From an uncultured Pseudomonadota bacterium (lineage in GTDB: Bacteria > Oederibacteriota > Muellerivitia > Muellerivitales > Muellerivitaceae), in the NCBI GenBank assembly GCA_963836235.1, contig CAWIIP010000002.1, forward strand, positions 864,001-928,000: a stretch of 64,000 nucleotides of DNA, in the 5' to 3' direction. The position numbers and the translations under genes are program-made. Below the pieces are notes generated by a model. It made no database searches, was not told the DNA's origin, and saw only the letters and a program-made list of their open reading frames with translations. Below are positions 29,613 through 38,628 of the stretch, in pieces; the first letter of the stretch is position 1; every line of letters starts with the position of its first letter.

Positions 29613-29646
29613 AAAGTAATTATGCCTTATTTCACCAGATGTCGAA

Positions 29647-31128
29647 TTACTTTTGAGAACCGGGTTTAAAGGCGTCCATCACTTCTTTAAATATCTCGAA
29701 AGAATGATTGGCCGCTATTCCATCCTTATAGTTTCCTCCGGTTAAAACACAAACCAAATCCAACCCTGGAACGATAAAGATATGTTGTCCCCCCACGCCC
29801 CAAGCGTCCAAAACCCGTAGTTTTCTTCCATTCCAATCGGCGTCCCTTTCCCACCATAAGTAACCATAGTCGGATTTCTTGTCTGTCCTTGGACTTAGGA
29901 CATGCGGCGCCGTGGATTCACGAATCCACTGTTCCGGAACTACCTGCCGCCCTTTCCAATTTCCATTTTCTAAAACCAGCCAACCGATCTTCGCCATGTC
30001 GCGGGGCCTCAAAGCCAGCCCAAAGGCAGGACAATGGATGCCTTGGGGGCCTTCCCACCAAGGAGGACGCTTTATCCCCAACGGGTCAAAAAGGAACTTT
30101 TGGGCATAATCCGCCAATGTTAATCCGCTTTGTTTTTCGAGAATAGCTTCTAAGGGAGTGAGGCAGGCACCGCAATAGGCGAAATGGGAACCCGGCTTTT
30201 CATTCAATGGAAGGGAAAGGGAAAAATCCAGCCAATCCGGCGAGGCAACCATGGGCCAGGAACAGTCCTTCGCGTCTTTGGAATCATCGCAGCCCAAACC
30301 GGATGTCATCGTGAGAAGGTTTTCCAAACTGATCCCGTCTTTGCGGGGGTCCCAATTGGACTGGGAGCGATAGGAGGGGAAAAAATCGTAAAGCTTTTGG
30401 GAAGCACAGCAAAGACCTTGGGTTTCGGCAACTCCAAAGAGAAGGGAGAAAACCGGTTTCGTGATGGACTGGACCGGATGGGCATCATCCGGCCCATAAC
30501 CGTAGAAATACTCCTCCAATACCAGCTTCCCATCCTTGACGGCTAAAAGGCTGTGGACGTAAGGAAAATCCGGTCTTAGAAGTTTCTGAACTGTCTTCTC
30601 GATTTTTTTAACATCCGCATTTGTTTTCCTTAAGTCCCCCGATTCCCACCCGTCTGAAAGGTCTTTCGGCGGTTCATAGGTATATTCGTTTTGCCCCTCA
30701 GAAGGCCCGAGCCGGGGGTGGAGGAAATCTTCGCACCTCTTCAGTGTAACCGGATAGGTCTTTCCTTCCCCGACAAGGCTCTGTTGGGAATCCTTTCCGG
30801 GCCCCTGATAAAAAGACCCGGTGAGAAAGTCCCCCGATTCATCCGGTTTCAATTCCAGGGTTCCGCCACCCGCCGTTTGAGCCTTAAGGGAATTCCCTTC
30901 CCTTGAAACAATCGTCAAGGGTTCGGCATGGATTCCATCATCGATATTGTGATATTCCCCTTCACTTGGCCCCAGGACAAAGGCAACCCGGAAGCGGTTG
31001 GAACCCACTCCCATGGACCCTTCCCAGGTCCCCCTCAGGTCGGCGGTGGAAGGAGGTCCGGCGAAAAACAGCCAAGGCATTAGAAAGGCGGGAACAAAAA
31101 AAGAAATAACTTTCCAGTGCGTTGCCAT
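29647..31128 (-). CDS. Serine hydrolase, beta-lactamase/class C-like family
   Basis: SxxK (QSITK), LLTMTSGL, PG..FAY, YGYLWW, GVGGQ; signal peptide. Confidence 0.92.
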   Translation of the reverse strand: MATHWKVISFFVPAFLMPWLFFAGPPSTADLRGTWEGSMGVGSNRFRVAFVLGPSEGEYHNIDDGIHAEPLTIVSREGNSLKAQTAGGGTLELKPDESGDFLTGSFYQGPGKDSQQSLVGEGKTYPVTLKRCEDFLHPRLGPSEGQNEYTYEPPKDLSDGWESGDLRKTNADVKKIEKTVQKLLRPDFPYVHSLLAVKDGKLVLEEYFYGYGPDDAHPVQSITKPVFSLLFGVAETQGLCCASQKLYDFFPSYRSQSNWDPRKDGISLENLLTMTSGLGCDDSKDAKDCSWPMVASPDWLDFSLSLPLNEKPGSHFAYCGACLTPLEAILEKQSGLTLADYAQKFLFDPLGIKRPPWWEGPQGIHCPAFGLALRPRDMAKIGWLVLENGNWKGRQVVPEQWIRESTAPHVLSPRTDKKSDYGYLWWERDADWNGRKLRVLDAWGVGGQHIFIVPGLDLVCVLTGGNYKDGIAANHSFEIFKEVMDAFKPGSQK

Positions 31129-31220
31129 AGCCCTATTAAAATCGAAAAAACACTGAAGCGCCAGGATCCATACCCGCGCCAACTGAAGAAAAACCGCAAA
31201 CGCAGGCGTTCTGATCCGGA

Positions 31221-32534
31221 TTAGTTCTGTTGAACCGGGGCGTTATCGTCGCTGTAATTCAAAGGGTTGCCCTGGTCGTCGAAAACGTCGTAGGTTCCGT
31301 CGCTCAAAGTCAGCAAGATTTGAAGCGGGCTCCCGTCGCTGTTATCGGAAAATTGAACATTCGTAACCTGCGACGCCAGATAAATAGGATTGAAAGAGGG
31401 CGGGATAGCGTTATCAAACAAGAAACTGTCCCCTCCCCCCAATACTTTGACCGTACGGGTCCCGTCCGGACTGCGGTAAACCGTCGCCGTTCCCGGCTGA
31501 ACCGTAGTCACCACCGCGTCTTTGGACGAATCGCAGGGAATATACTGGTCCCCGTTGTAATCGTAGAGATAAAGGTCACCCACGTGGTCGGGATCCTGCC
31601 ACCACCAATAGCCACTGTCCCAGAAACACCAACGGTCCAGGTTGTCGTCATAGAACCACCAACGTTCGGCGTAAAAGCGGGTCCAAAAGCAGTCGTCCCC
31701 CGCGTACCAGCCGTACCAGTGGTAACCCCAGCTGTCCACGTAATGGCAGTAATTAAAACTCTCACCGGTGTGCCAATAATAATGGCCGGCACGAGTTTCG
31801 GATGTGGTCGTTCGAGCCAATTCGTCATTAAGCGTTCCACTGCTGATGTAGGCCATTTGGGCCGTCACCACCTGGTTGCCCAGGTCTTTGCGGCCTAGCA
31901 GGGTAGTGTTGAGTGGCTGGTGGTCGGGGCCTTTTTGAGGGAAACGAATGGTGGAATGCAGGTTGTCCGCGTCCAACATGTTCCGGCGGTCGGTAATGTA
32001 ATTGGGAAGCGCGCTCACGCCAAGATTCTGGAGTTTCTTGCGCACATAACCCTGCGTAAAGGGATGATGATGGTGGGCCACGTTGCTCCCGGTGGGTTGG
32101 ACGGAAACAAAACGGGAGGGATTTAACCTTTGGACCGGACGGGAGGAAACGGGCCTATCACCGGTAGGGGCCGGATTGGTGGCCTGAAAGTCGGTAGGGG
32201 AAGTGCGCAAGATCGGCTGGCTTTGGAAACCTGACGAGGGGGCGTTCCAACGGGTCGTCCGGTTGGGATCCGGGTTCCCAACGTTATTGTGAAAAGTCTG
32301 GTGGCTCAAGTCGATTTGGGCCGGAGCGGGGACGCTTGCCGGATTGCTTCGAGGGGCGGGCTCAGGCCGGGCTTGGGGCGCCGGCGCGGAACGGACCGGT
32401 TCCGGTCTTTCCACGGGCTTGGCCGCATCATCGTGGCGGTCTTGGGCAAAAGAAGTGAGTTGGGGGAGAAATGCCATCGCGAAAACTAAAATCCATATCG
32501 GCTTCATGGGACGCCTTTCAAATGAGGTTTCCAC
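31221..32534 (-). CDS. Secreted hypothetical protein with Pro-rich N-terminus and Trp/Tyr-rich segment
   Basis: Signal peptide from MKPIW; aromatic block YYWH..HWYGWY..RWWFY..RWCFW..YWWW. Confidence 0.75.
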   Translation of the reverse strand: METSFERRPMKPIWILVFAMAFLPQLTSFAQDRHDDAAKPVERPEPVRSAPAPQARPEPAPRSNPASVPAPAQIDLSHQTFHNNVGNPDPNRTTRWNAPSSGFQSQPILRTSPTDFQATNPAPTGDRPVSSRPVQRLNPSRFVSVQPTGSNVAHHHHPFTQGYVRKKLQNLGVSALPNYITDRRNMLDADNLHSTIRFPQKGPDHQPLNTTLLGRKDLGNQVVTAQMAYISSGTLNDELARTTTSETRAGHYYWHTGESFNYCHYVDSWGYHWYGWYAGDDCFWTRFYAERWWFYDDNLDRWCFWDSGYWWWQDPDHVGDLYLYDYNGDQYIPCDSSKDAVVTTVQPGTATVYRSPDGTRTVKVLGGGDSFLFDNAIPPSFNPIYLASQVTNVQFSDNSDGSPLQILLTLSDGTYDVFDDQGNPLNYSDDNAPVQQN

Positions 32535-32599
32535 CGTTTGAGGTCTCGTTACTTTAGACGATAAATCCGGTTTATTCGACTTGGTTTTTGACGGATAAA

Positions 32600-32616
32600 T
32601 TCACATTTAATTAACA
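32600..32616 (+). promoter_or_regulatory. Putative Pho-box-like direct repeat
   Basis: TTCACA-N5-TTAACA (11-bp period) upstream of the phosphoesterase gene. Confidence 0.45.
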
Positions 32617-32687
32617 TGGTTCCTATCGCTACCCTGGCTCATAAAAAAGAAAATACATTTTATTTTCTCCCTAAAAGGTGGTCCGAA

Positions 32688-35369
32688 ATGATTTCCTCTC
32701 GCTTCTTTCTCGCTTTTTTACTGGTCTTCCTGGGGGCCTGCCTTCCCGCCCTGGCCCTGGATGACGACGACACCCCCGGCCTGGATGTCCCCGGCCAAGA
32801 GCAAAGGCTGAATTCAGAAATCTGGCGTTTCGCCAAGAACACCTCTTTTGAGGTCGTCCAAAAAGACTTGGAGGCCAAACACAATGAATCCCGTAAAACT
32901 GTCCCGACTGAAGTCACGCTCCCTAACGGTTGGCGGATGGCTCCCGCCGGGAAACAATTGGAATTAGGCCGCTACCCCATGGTCATCACCCCCTTCGCGG
33001 GGAACTTGGTAGTATTGAACAATGGCTATTACGTGGAAACCAACCCGGAAATCTCGGTGGTAAGCGGGGACGGCACCCATGTGTTGAAAACCTTCACCTC
33101 TCCCTCTCTCTTTCCCTGCGCCAGAGTCAGCCAGGACAGCTATCTTTACGTGAGCGGTGGCTACGACCAGACCATTCGGGGCTATAACGAAAATTTCGAG
33201 GAGAAAAAGGATTTCACCGTCAATGGTTTCACGGCGGGCCTCGTCCCCCTGGATAAGAAAACCCTCGCCGCGGCCTATCTGCTTCTGGATGACAGCAAGG
33301 GAGGCTACAAGACCCGTGGCCGCCTGGCTTTGATCGATACGGAAACAGGCGAGATAAAAGATGAACTGGACTGCGGCCGCATGCCCTATGCCTTGGAGTT
33401 TCAGGATGGGAAGCTATGGGTCAGCCTGCTTCAAGATAACCAGGTGGCGGCCTATGCGGTAAGGGGCAACCGGTTAAAACTCCTGACCACTCTCCAGGTG
33501 GGAACCAACCCCACTGCCTTCGCGGCCGACCCTGCCCAACACCGGCTTTACGTCATGAACCAGAATTCGGACGAAATCTCCGTCCTCAATACGCTCACCC
33601 TTAAAAAAACCGATTCCTGGAACCTTCGCCAAGGTGGGTTTAAGTTCGGGGCCGCTCCTACTTCCGGCTACGTGAAGGGTGATCGCCTTTACGTTACCCT
33701 CTCACGGTATAACGCGGTAGCCGTCATCGATACGAAGGACGGTCAAGTAGCGGGTTATATTCCCACCGGCTGGTATCCCACCTATGTTACCGGCAACGAG
33801 AATAATCTTTATACCCTTAGCGCTAAAGGCATCCACGAACGCCGCCCCAACCCCAACGGCCCCCAGCCCACGAAAAAGCGGGAGGAACCGGGTTATGTCC
33901 TTACGCTACTTAAGGGAACCTTGGGTACCATTCCATTCAGTGATTTGGACTCGAACCTGTCAGATTGGAATAAGCAAGTTACTGACGCCTCACCTTTTTA
34001 TGACCCGGCGCAAGGATTAAAACTGCCCATCAAATATGTCTTTTACATCGTCAAGGAAAACCGAACTTATGATCAGGTACTGGGGGATATGCCAAGCGGC
34101 AACACCGATAAGGACCTCTGCCTCTTCGGCAGGGACGTCACCCCCAACCATCATCGTTTGGCCGAGGATTTTGTGAACCTGGATAATTTTTACGTGGATG
34201 GAGAAATCAGCGTCCTGGGCCACAGTTACACCACCAGCGGTTACGCCAGCCCCTTCCTGGAATGGCTGGGCATGAATGATTATTCGGGAAGGCTGGGCAC
34301 CAAGGATGCCAAGAACCCCCGTAAGAACGAGGATTTCTGGCCCTTCGGCACGGTTCCCTTCACCTTTTCCCCCAGCTACCTTTGGGACGCCATGGATGCC
34401 AAGTCCCTGGACTACCGTATTTACGGCGAGGATTTTTACTTTTACTGCAAGCCCTACCGCCTCTTAACCGACAAATTCGGCGAGGACAGCCCCCTCGCCC
34501 GCAAGTGCTACGACCGTTTCATGGAATATTCCAAGGACAAGAAAAGGGACACGGTCTTCCAGGAAATGATGAAGGGATTCGAGGGAAGGAATCTCACGAA
34601 GAACGGATGCCAAAAACTTTTGGCGGACCCGGATTTCCTGAAGAAGTTCTCGGAGTTTTACAGCGGGGATGACAGCCTCAGCCAGGCCATCAAAGCGGAC
34701 CCGGCATTCAAATCCCAATGGGCGGATTTCCTCTACCACTGCTCCTTTAATTTCGCGGGCTGGGACCTGGCCTATTCGGATTTGAAACGGGTGGCCGTCT
34801 GGCAGGATGATTTCAATCAACAGGTCGAGAAGAACCAGGTTTTGCCTCTCCAATACATCTGGCTTCCCAACGACCATACGGCGGGGATGGACCCCAAATC
34901 CTTGAATCCCAACCAGCTAGTGGCCCAGAACGACGCGGCGGTGGGCTCGATTCTGGATACCTTGTCGAAGAGCCCTATCTGGAAGGAAAGCCTGGTAGTG
35001 GTCATCGAGGATGATTCGCAAAACGGGCCCGACCATGTGGACGCCATGCGCAGTTTCGCTCTTTGCGCGGGCCCTTATGTGAAGCGCCGGGTGGTGGTCA
35101 GCGACCTCTATGATCAGTTGGGTCTCTTGAGGACGATGGAGTTGATCTTGGGATTGGACCCCCTGAACATGAATGACGGCATGGCCGCGCCCCTGTTTTC
35201 TATTTTCACGGACAAGCCCGACGATCGCCCCTACCGGACCCCCGATCCCTCCCGCTACCTGACCGCGGAGGATAAGGATCTGTACCGCTATCTTTTAGAG
35301 TCCAAAAAAGACAAGCCTCTGTCGGAAATCCTGGGTCAAAAGGGAATCACCCCGGCGGACATTCGTTAA
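32688..35369 (+). CDS. YncE-type beta-propeller + alkaline-phosphatase/phosphoesterase family protein
   Basis: IPTGWYP propeller motif; KENRTYDQVLGD, DNFY, LPNDHT, EDDSQNGPDHVD motifs; signal peptide. Confidence 0.9.
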   Translation: MISSRFFLAFLLVFLGACLPALALDDDDTPGLDVPGQEQRLNSEIWRFAKNTSFEVVQKDLEAKHNESRKTVPTEVTLPNGWRMAPAGKQLELGRYPMVITPFAGNLVVLNNGYYVETNPEISVVSGDGTHVLKTFTSPSLFPCARVSQDSYLYVSGGYDQTIRGYNENFEEKKDFTVNGFTAGLVPLDKKTLAAAYLLLDDSKGGYKTRGRLALIDTETGEIKDELDCGRMPYALEFQDGKLWVSLLQDNQVAAYAVRGNRLKLLTTLQVGTNPTAFAADPAQHRLYVMNQNSDEISVLNTLTLKKTDSWNLRQGGFKFGAAPTSGYVKGDRLYVTLSRYNAVAVIDTKDGQVAGYIPTGWYPTYVTGNENNLYTLSAKGIHERRPNPNGPQPTKKREEPGYVLTLLKGTLGTIPFSDLDSNLSDWNKQVTDASPFYDPAQGLKLPIKYVFYIVKENRTYDQVLGDMPSGNTDKDLCLFGRDVTPNHHRLAEDFVNLDNFYVDGEISVLGHSYTTSGYASPFLEWLGMNDYSGRLGTKDAKNPRKNEDFWPFGTVPFTFSPSYLWDAMDAKSLDYRIYGEDFYFYCKPYRLLTDKFGEDSPLARKCYDRFMEYSKDKKRDTVFQEMMKGFEGRNLTKNGCQKLLADPDFLKKFSEFYSGDDSLSQAIKADPAFKSQWADFLYHCSFNFAGWDLAYSDLKRVAVWQDDFNQQVEKNQVLPLQYIWLPNDHTAGMDPKSLNPNQLVAQNDAAVGSILDTLSKSPIWKESLVVVIEDDSQNGPDHVDAMRSFALCAGPYVKRRVVVSDLYDQLGLLRTMELILGLDPLNMNDGMAAPLFSIFTDKPDDRPYRTPDPSRYLTAEDKDLYRYLLESKKDKPLSEILGQKGITPADIR

Positions 35370-35400
35370 TAAAGAACCCGGACCCATCTATTAAGTAGGC

Positions 35401-36915
35401 TTAGTGGATGACCGCCAATTGATGGGTGACCGATTGGGCGCCGACGGTCACGCGGTAAATATAGAGCCCGCTGGCTAATTTCTGGCCCTCTGGGTTGGCC
35501 AAGTTCCAATCCACGTTGTTGGTTCCCGCCTGGGTTTGGGAGGGCTGTAAGGTTTCACCCCAAACAGCGGCGCCGGTAATGTCAAAAACCTGGATTTCCA
35601 CCTGCGAAGCGGACGGCAGTTGAAAGGTGAATTTGACGTCCCCTCCACGGGCTGGGTTCGGGTAGCAATAGGTCGTGTCCGCTGAAAAGGTGCCCCCTTT
35701 GGATTGGGAACCGCCCGGTGTCGGGGTGGGCTGGGCCGCGACGTTCAAGGCCAGAACCTTGAGACTGTTGGAACTCATGTGGCTGGTGGCCAGCGCCATG
35801 TTTCCCTGTCCGGTCACGTCCAGGGCGGCCACTTCCACGGGCCCGAAAGTGACGGCGGCATCCGACGAGACTTTCAAGGTTTGGTCGAGCGCGAATTGGA
35901 GGCCCGACCACTGGAAGATATCCAAGGAATCCGAGTCCCGGTTGGCCACGATGATTTCCGGGTTCCCTGTTCCCCCGAGGTCGGCCACGGTCAATCCGTT
36001 GGGATGGCTCCCGCTGGTGGCCACGGGGGCCTGGGCCAGGAGGCCGCCACCCGCCTGTTGCAGGAAAACCATGATCGAGTTCGTGGAGAAATCCGAGACC
36101 ACCATGTCGGTTTTCCCGTCGTGGTTCAGGTCGGCCAATTTTAAATCCGACGGCGAACTTCCCTGCGGGAGGCTGATGGCCAGGAGCATGGCGTAAGTTG
36201 AAGGATCGTCGCTTTTCACGGCCAACAGGTCGACCTTATCCGCCGAAAGGCAGACCACCGCAATCTCGTTGAACCCCGAACCGCTCAAGTCGCCCACGGC
36301 TACTTGGGTGGGACCCCCATCCACGGGAATATCGGTTCTCGTTCCCAGCTTTCCGTTTTTCACCGGGTAGATGGAGATGCTGTTCGCCCCGTAATCGGCG
36401 ACCACGACGAAAGGCGTTCCTCCGGTGCGGGTCAGGCCGGCCGCGACACCCACGGGCATATTCAAGGTCGGCGCTTGGTCGATTGCGATGAACTTCCCGC
36501 CCTGCCATCCGAAGATTTGGAGCAGGTTGGCGTCGTAAGCGGTCGCCAGGATATTGTCCGGCCCACCAGGCGTTAATTTGAAAGAGGAAAGGCCCCGGGG
36601 GCTGGCGGCCGTCGGTAGGGTGGCGCTCAGAACCAGGCCGTTGGAAGAAGGCGCAAAAACCTGGAGGGATGAGTTTCCGAGGGACAAGACCGAAGCGGGG
36701 GTCGATTGCCCGATAAAAGTTGGCGATCCGAAGTTGGCCACGATCAGGTCCTTGGTTCCATTGCCGAAGACGTCGCCGGTGGCCACGCCCCGGGGGCTGA
36801 CGCCGGTATTAAGGGAAATGAAGGGTTGAAAGGGATGAGGCACGGCGAAGAGGGCGTTCGGAATGAAACCAGCTAAAAATAACAACCCCAATAGGAAATG
36901 GCTTTTTTTCATCAT
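35401..36915 (-). CDS. FG-GAP/VCBS-repeat secreted protein with C-terminal T9SS-A/FlgD-Ig-like domain
   Basis: P..VA.GD..G.G..DLIVAN repeats; YPNP....IQVFDITG..V..W...G..LASGLYIY. Confidence 0.88.
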   Translation of the reverse strand: MMKKSHFLLGLLFLAGFIPNALFAVPHPFQPFISLNTGVSPRGVATGDVFGNGTKDLIVANFGSPTFIGQSTPASVLSLGNSSLQVFAPSSNGLVLSATLPTAASPRGLSSFKLTPGGPDNILATAYDANLLQIFGWQGGKFIAIDQAPTLNMPVGVAAGLTRTGGTPFVVVADYGANSISIYPVKNGKLGTRTDIPVDGGPTQVAVGDLSGSGFNEIAVVCLSADKVDLLAVKSDDPSTYAMLLAISLPQGSSPSDLKLADLNHDGKTDMVVSDFSTNSIMVFLQQAGGGLLAQAPVATSGSHPNGLTVADLGGTGNPEIIVANRDSDSLDIFQWSGLQFALDQTLKVSSDAAVTFGPVEVAALDVTGQGNMALATSHMSSNSLKVLALNVAAQPTPTPGGSQSKGGTFSADTTYCYPNPARGGDVKFTFQLPSASQVEIQVFDITGAAVWGETLQPSQTQAGTNNVDWNLANPEGQKLASGLYIYRVTVGAQSVTHQLAVIH

Positions 36916-37156
36916 ACCCTCCCCGTCAAAAGGTAAGGCTGTTAGCCTCCAAAAATAGATCAAATCTGATTGTACCAAAAAATCGAAAAATCGGCTGAAC
37001 GGGCACGTTAAATTGAACTTTTGGAGAAAGTTTGACGATAGAAAAACAGGAATATTTCGATCGTTTTCCAGGAATTCTTCGGCTTACCTGTCCAAATAGA
37101 AGGACGGCTTCTAAGATGGGATGACGGGAAGAAGTTTCATTCCAAGTTTATCCGCC

Positions 37157-38545
37157 TTATTGGTAGCACTGCTTGTAGGAGTCGGGGTCCAGGTTCAAAT
37201 GCGCGCAGCCGAAAAACCTCCAGTTCGTCATGGTGACAGGGGGGTCGTTCGTGCAGGAAACCGGCATGTATTGGATGAACTTGGCCCTTACCACCGGATC
37301 GTTTTCAATGGCATTGGCCAGGGAAATCAAGCTGTCCGCGTTGTAACCGGGCAGGGAATAGGCTTGCTTGAAATCATATTCCAGCTTCCATTGGGGGCTG
37401 GGCGCGTCGAGAGGCAGGTAGTAGGTGGCCATGTCTTCCAATTCCCCGCTTTGGGTGTCATAGAGCATGACTTGAAAACCGGGATTGTTGCGGCGAACCG
37501 GGCTCACCGCCAGGGCGATATGGGTGAAAAAGGCCGCCTTCCCCTGATGATCCACCAGCACCCGGAAATCGTCCATGTGGGTATGGCCCGTGAATTCGGC
37601 GTCGATCAAGTCCCGGTAGGGGGACAAGGCATTTAGGAAGGACCAAAGGTAGTTCAAGTCGTAAAAAGTTTTCTGTGGGTTGACGCGGTCCTCGTGCTGG
37701 GACGCGTTGCGGCTGTGGACGCCCGGGGGCATGTGGGTAATCAGGGTGATCCTTTCCTGTTTTCGCCGGGCTTCTTTAAGGACGCCTTCCATCCAATTCA
37801 TTTCATCCTGCCCGATCGTTTCGGATTCGTGGCAAGCGGGCTCGTACTTCTTCGACCAGGAAACGTCGTTGAAGACCAAGAAACGCCTTCCCTTGAGGGT
37901 GGGATGGGCCACGGTGTAATAGCCGCCCTGAAGGAAAGTTTTCACCGCCTCCGGATCGCCCGCGACGGTCGCCCATTCCTTCGCCAATGTCGGAAGGAAG
38001 GGTGAGTCCGGGGTGAGGCCCCCATAATCGTCGCAGTCCGAATCGTTGTTGCCCAGGCAGAAATAGACCGGGATATGGGGGAAAGCCTGCTGAATCTGGC
38101 GGCTGACGAAGACGACCGTCTTCAGGACGAAATCCTGGTAGGCCTTGTCGCCGGTGTGGAGGTTTTTGGTGAAATCCGCCCGGAACCCGTGGGAAATGTA
38201 ATCGCCGTTCACCAGGACGTAGTCACATTGGCCGTCCAGCTTGGCCGCCGCGTCCAAACTGGACCGCAAGAGCGGATAGTTGCTGTCCTTGCCATAGGCC
38301 GAAAATTGGCTGATCTTGGAGGTTTCAAAGATGGATTGCCATTGATCCACCGGCGAGGCCGCCAGCTGGGAAACCAGCGAGGGATCGGCGTAAGGGTCGA
38401 AATGAATATCCGACAGGATAAGGAAGGTGCCCTCATGGGGTGATGGTGTCCAGGGCAAACCTTCCGCCCAACCGGCTTGGACAGTTGAAATCAACAAGGC
38501 CCAAAAAACAAAAAAAACAAACAACCGGCTCCTTCTTGAACGCAT
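37157..38545 (-). CDS. Calcineurin-like metallophosphoesterase (acid-sphingomyelinase/SMPDL3-like)
   Basis: LSDIHFD, NGD, LGNND, HMPP, GHTH motifs; signal peptide; AGGAGG RBS. Confidence 0.9.
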   Translation of the reverse strand: MRSRRSRLFVFFVFWALLISTVQAGWAEGLPWTPSPHEGTFLILSDIHFDPYADPSLVSQLAASPVDQWQSIFETSKISQFSAYGKDSNYPLLRSSLDAAAKLDGQCDYVLVNGDYISHGFRADFTKNLHTGDKAYQDFVLKTVVFVSRQIQQAFPHIPVYFCLGNNDSDCDDYGGLTPDSPFLPTLAKEWATVAGDPEAVKTFLQGGYYTVAHPTLKGRRFLVFNDVSWSKKYEPACHESETIGQDEMNWMEGVLKEARRKQERITLITHMPPGVHSRNASQHEDRVNPQKTFYDLNYLWSFLNALSPYRDLIDAEFTGHTHMDDFRVLVDHQGKAAFFTHIALAVSPVRRNNPGFQVMLYDTQSGELEDMATYYLPLDAPSPQWKLEYDFKQAYSLPGYNADSLISLANAIENDPVVRAKFIQYMPVSCTNDPPVTMTNWRFFGCAHLNLDPDSYKQCYQ

Positions 38546-38570
38546 CACAACCTCCTGAAACTTTGGATAC

Positions 38571-38605
38571 AAAAAGAAAAGCCCGGGGTTATTTAATCCC
38601 CAGGC
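38571..38605 (-). terminator. Probable terminator hairpin
   Basis: GCCCGGGG/CCCCAGGC stem with T-tract on the minus strand after the 38629 stop. Confidence 0.6.
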
Positions 38606-38628
38606 TCTTCCTCGCGCATGTCTTTTAC

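Noticed and set aside
36990-37015. Third Pho-box-like repeat upstream of the FG-GAP gene
   Set aside because: Half-sites are 12 bp apart and poorly matched
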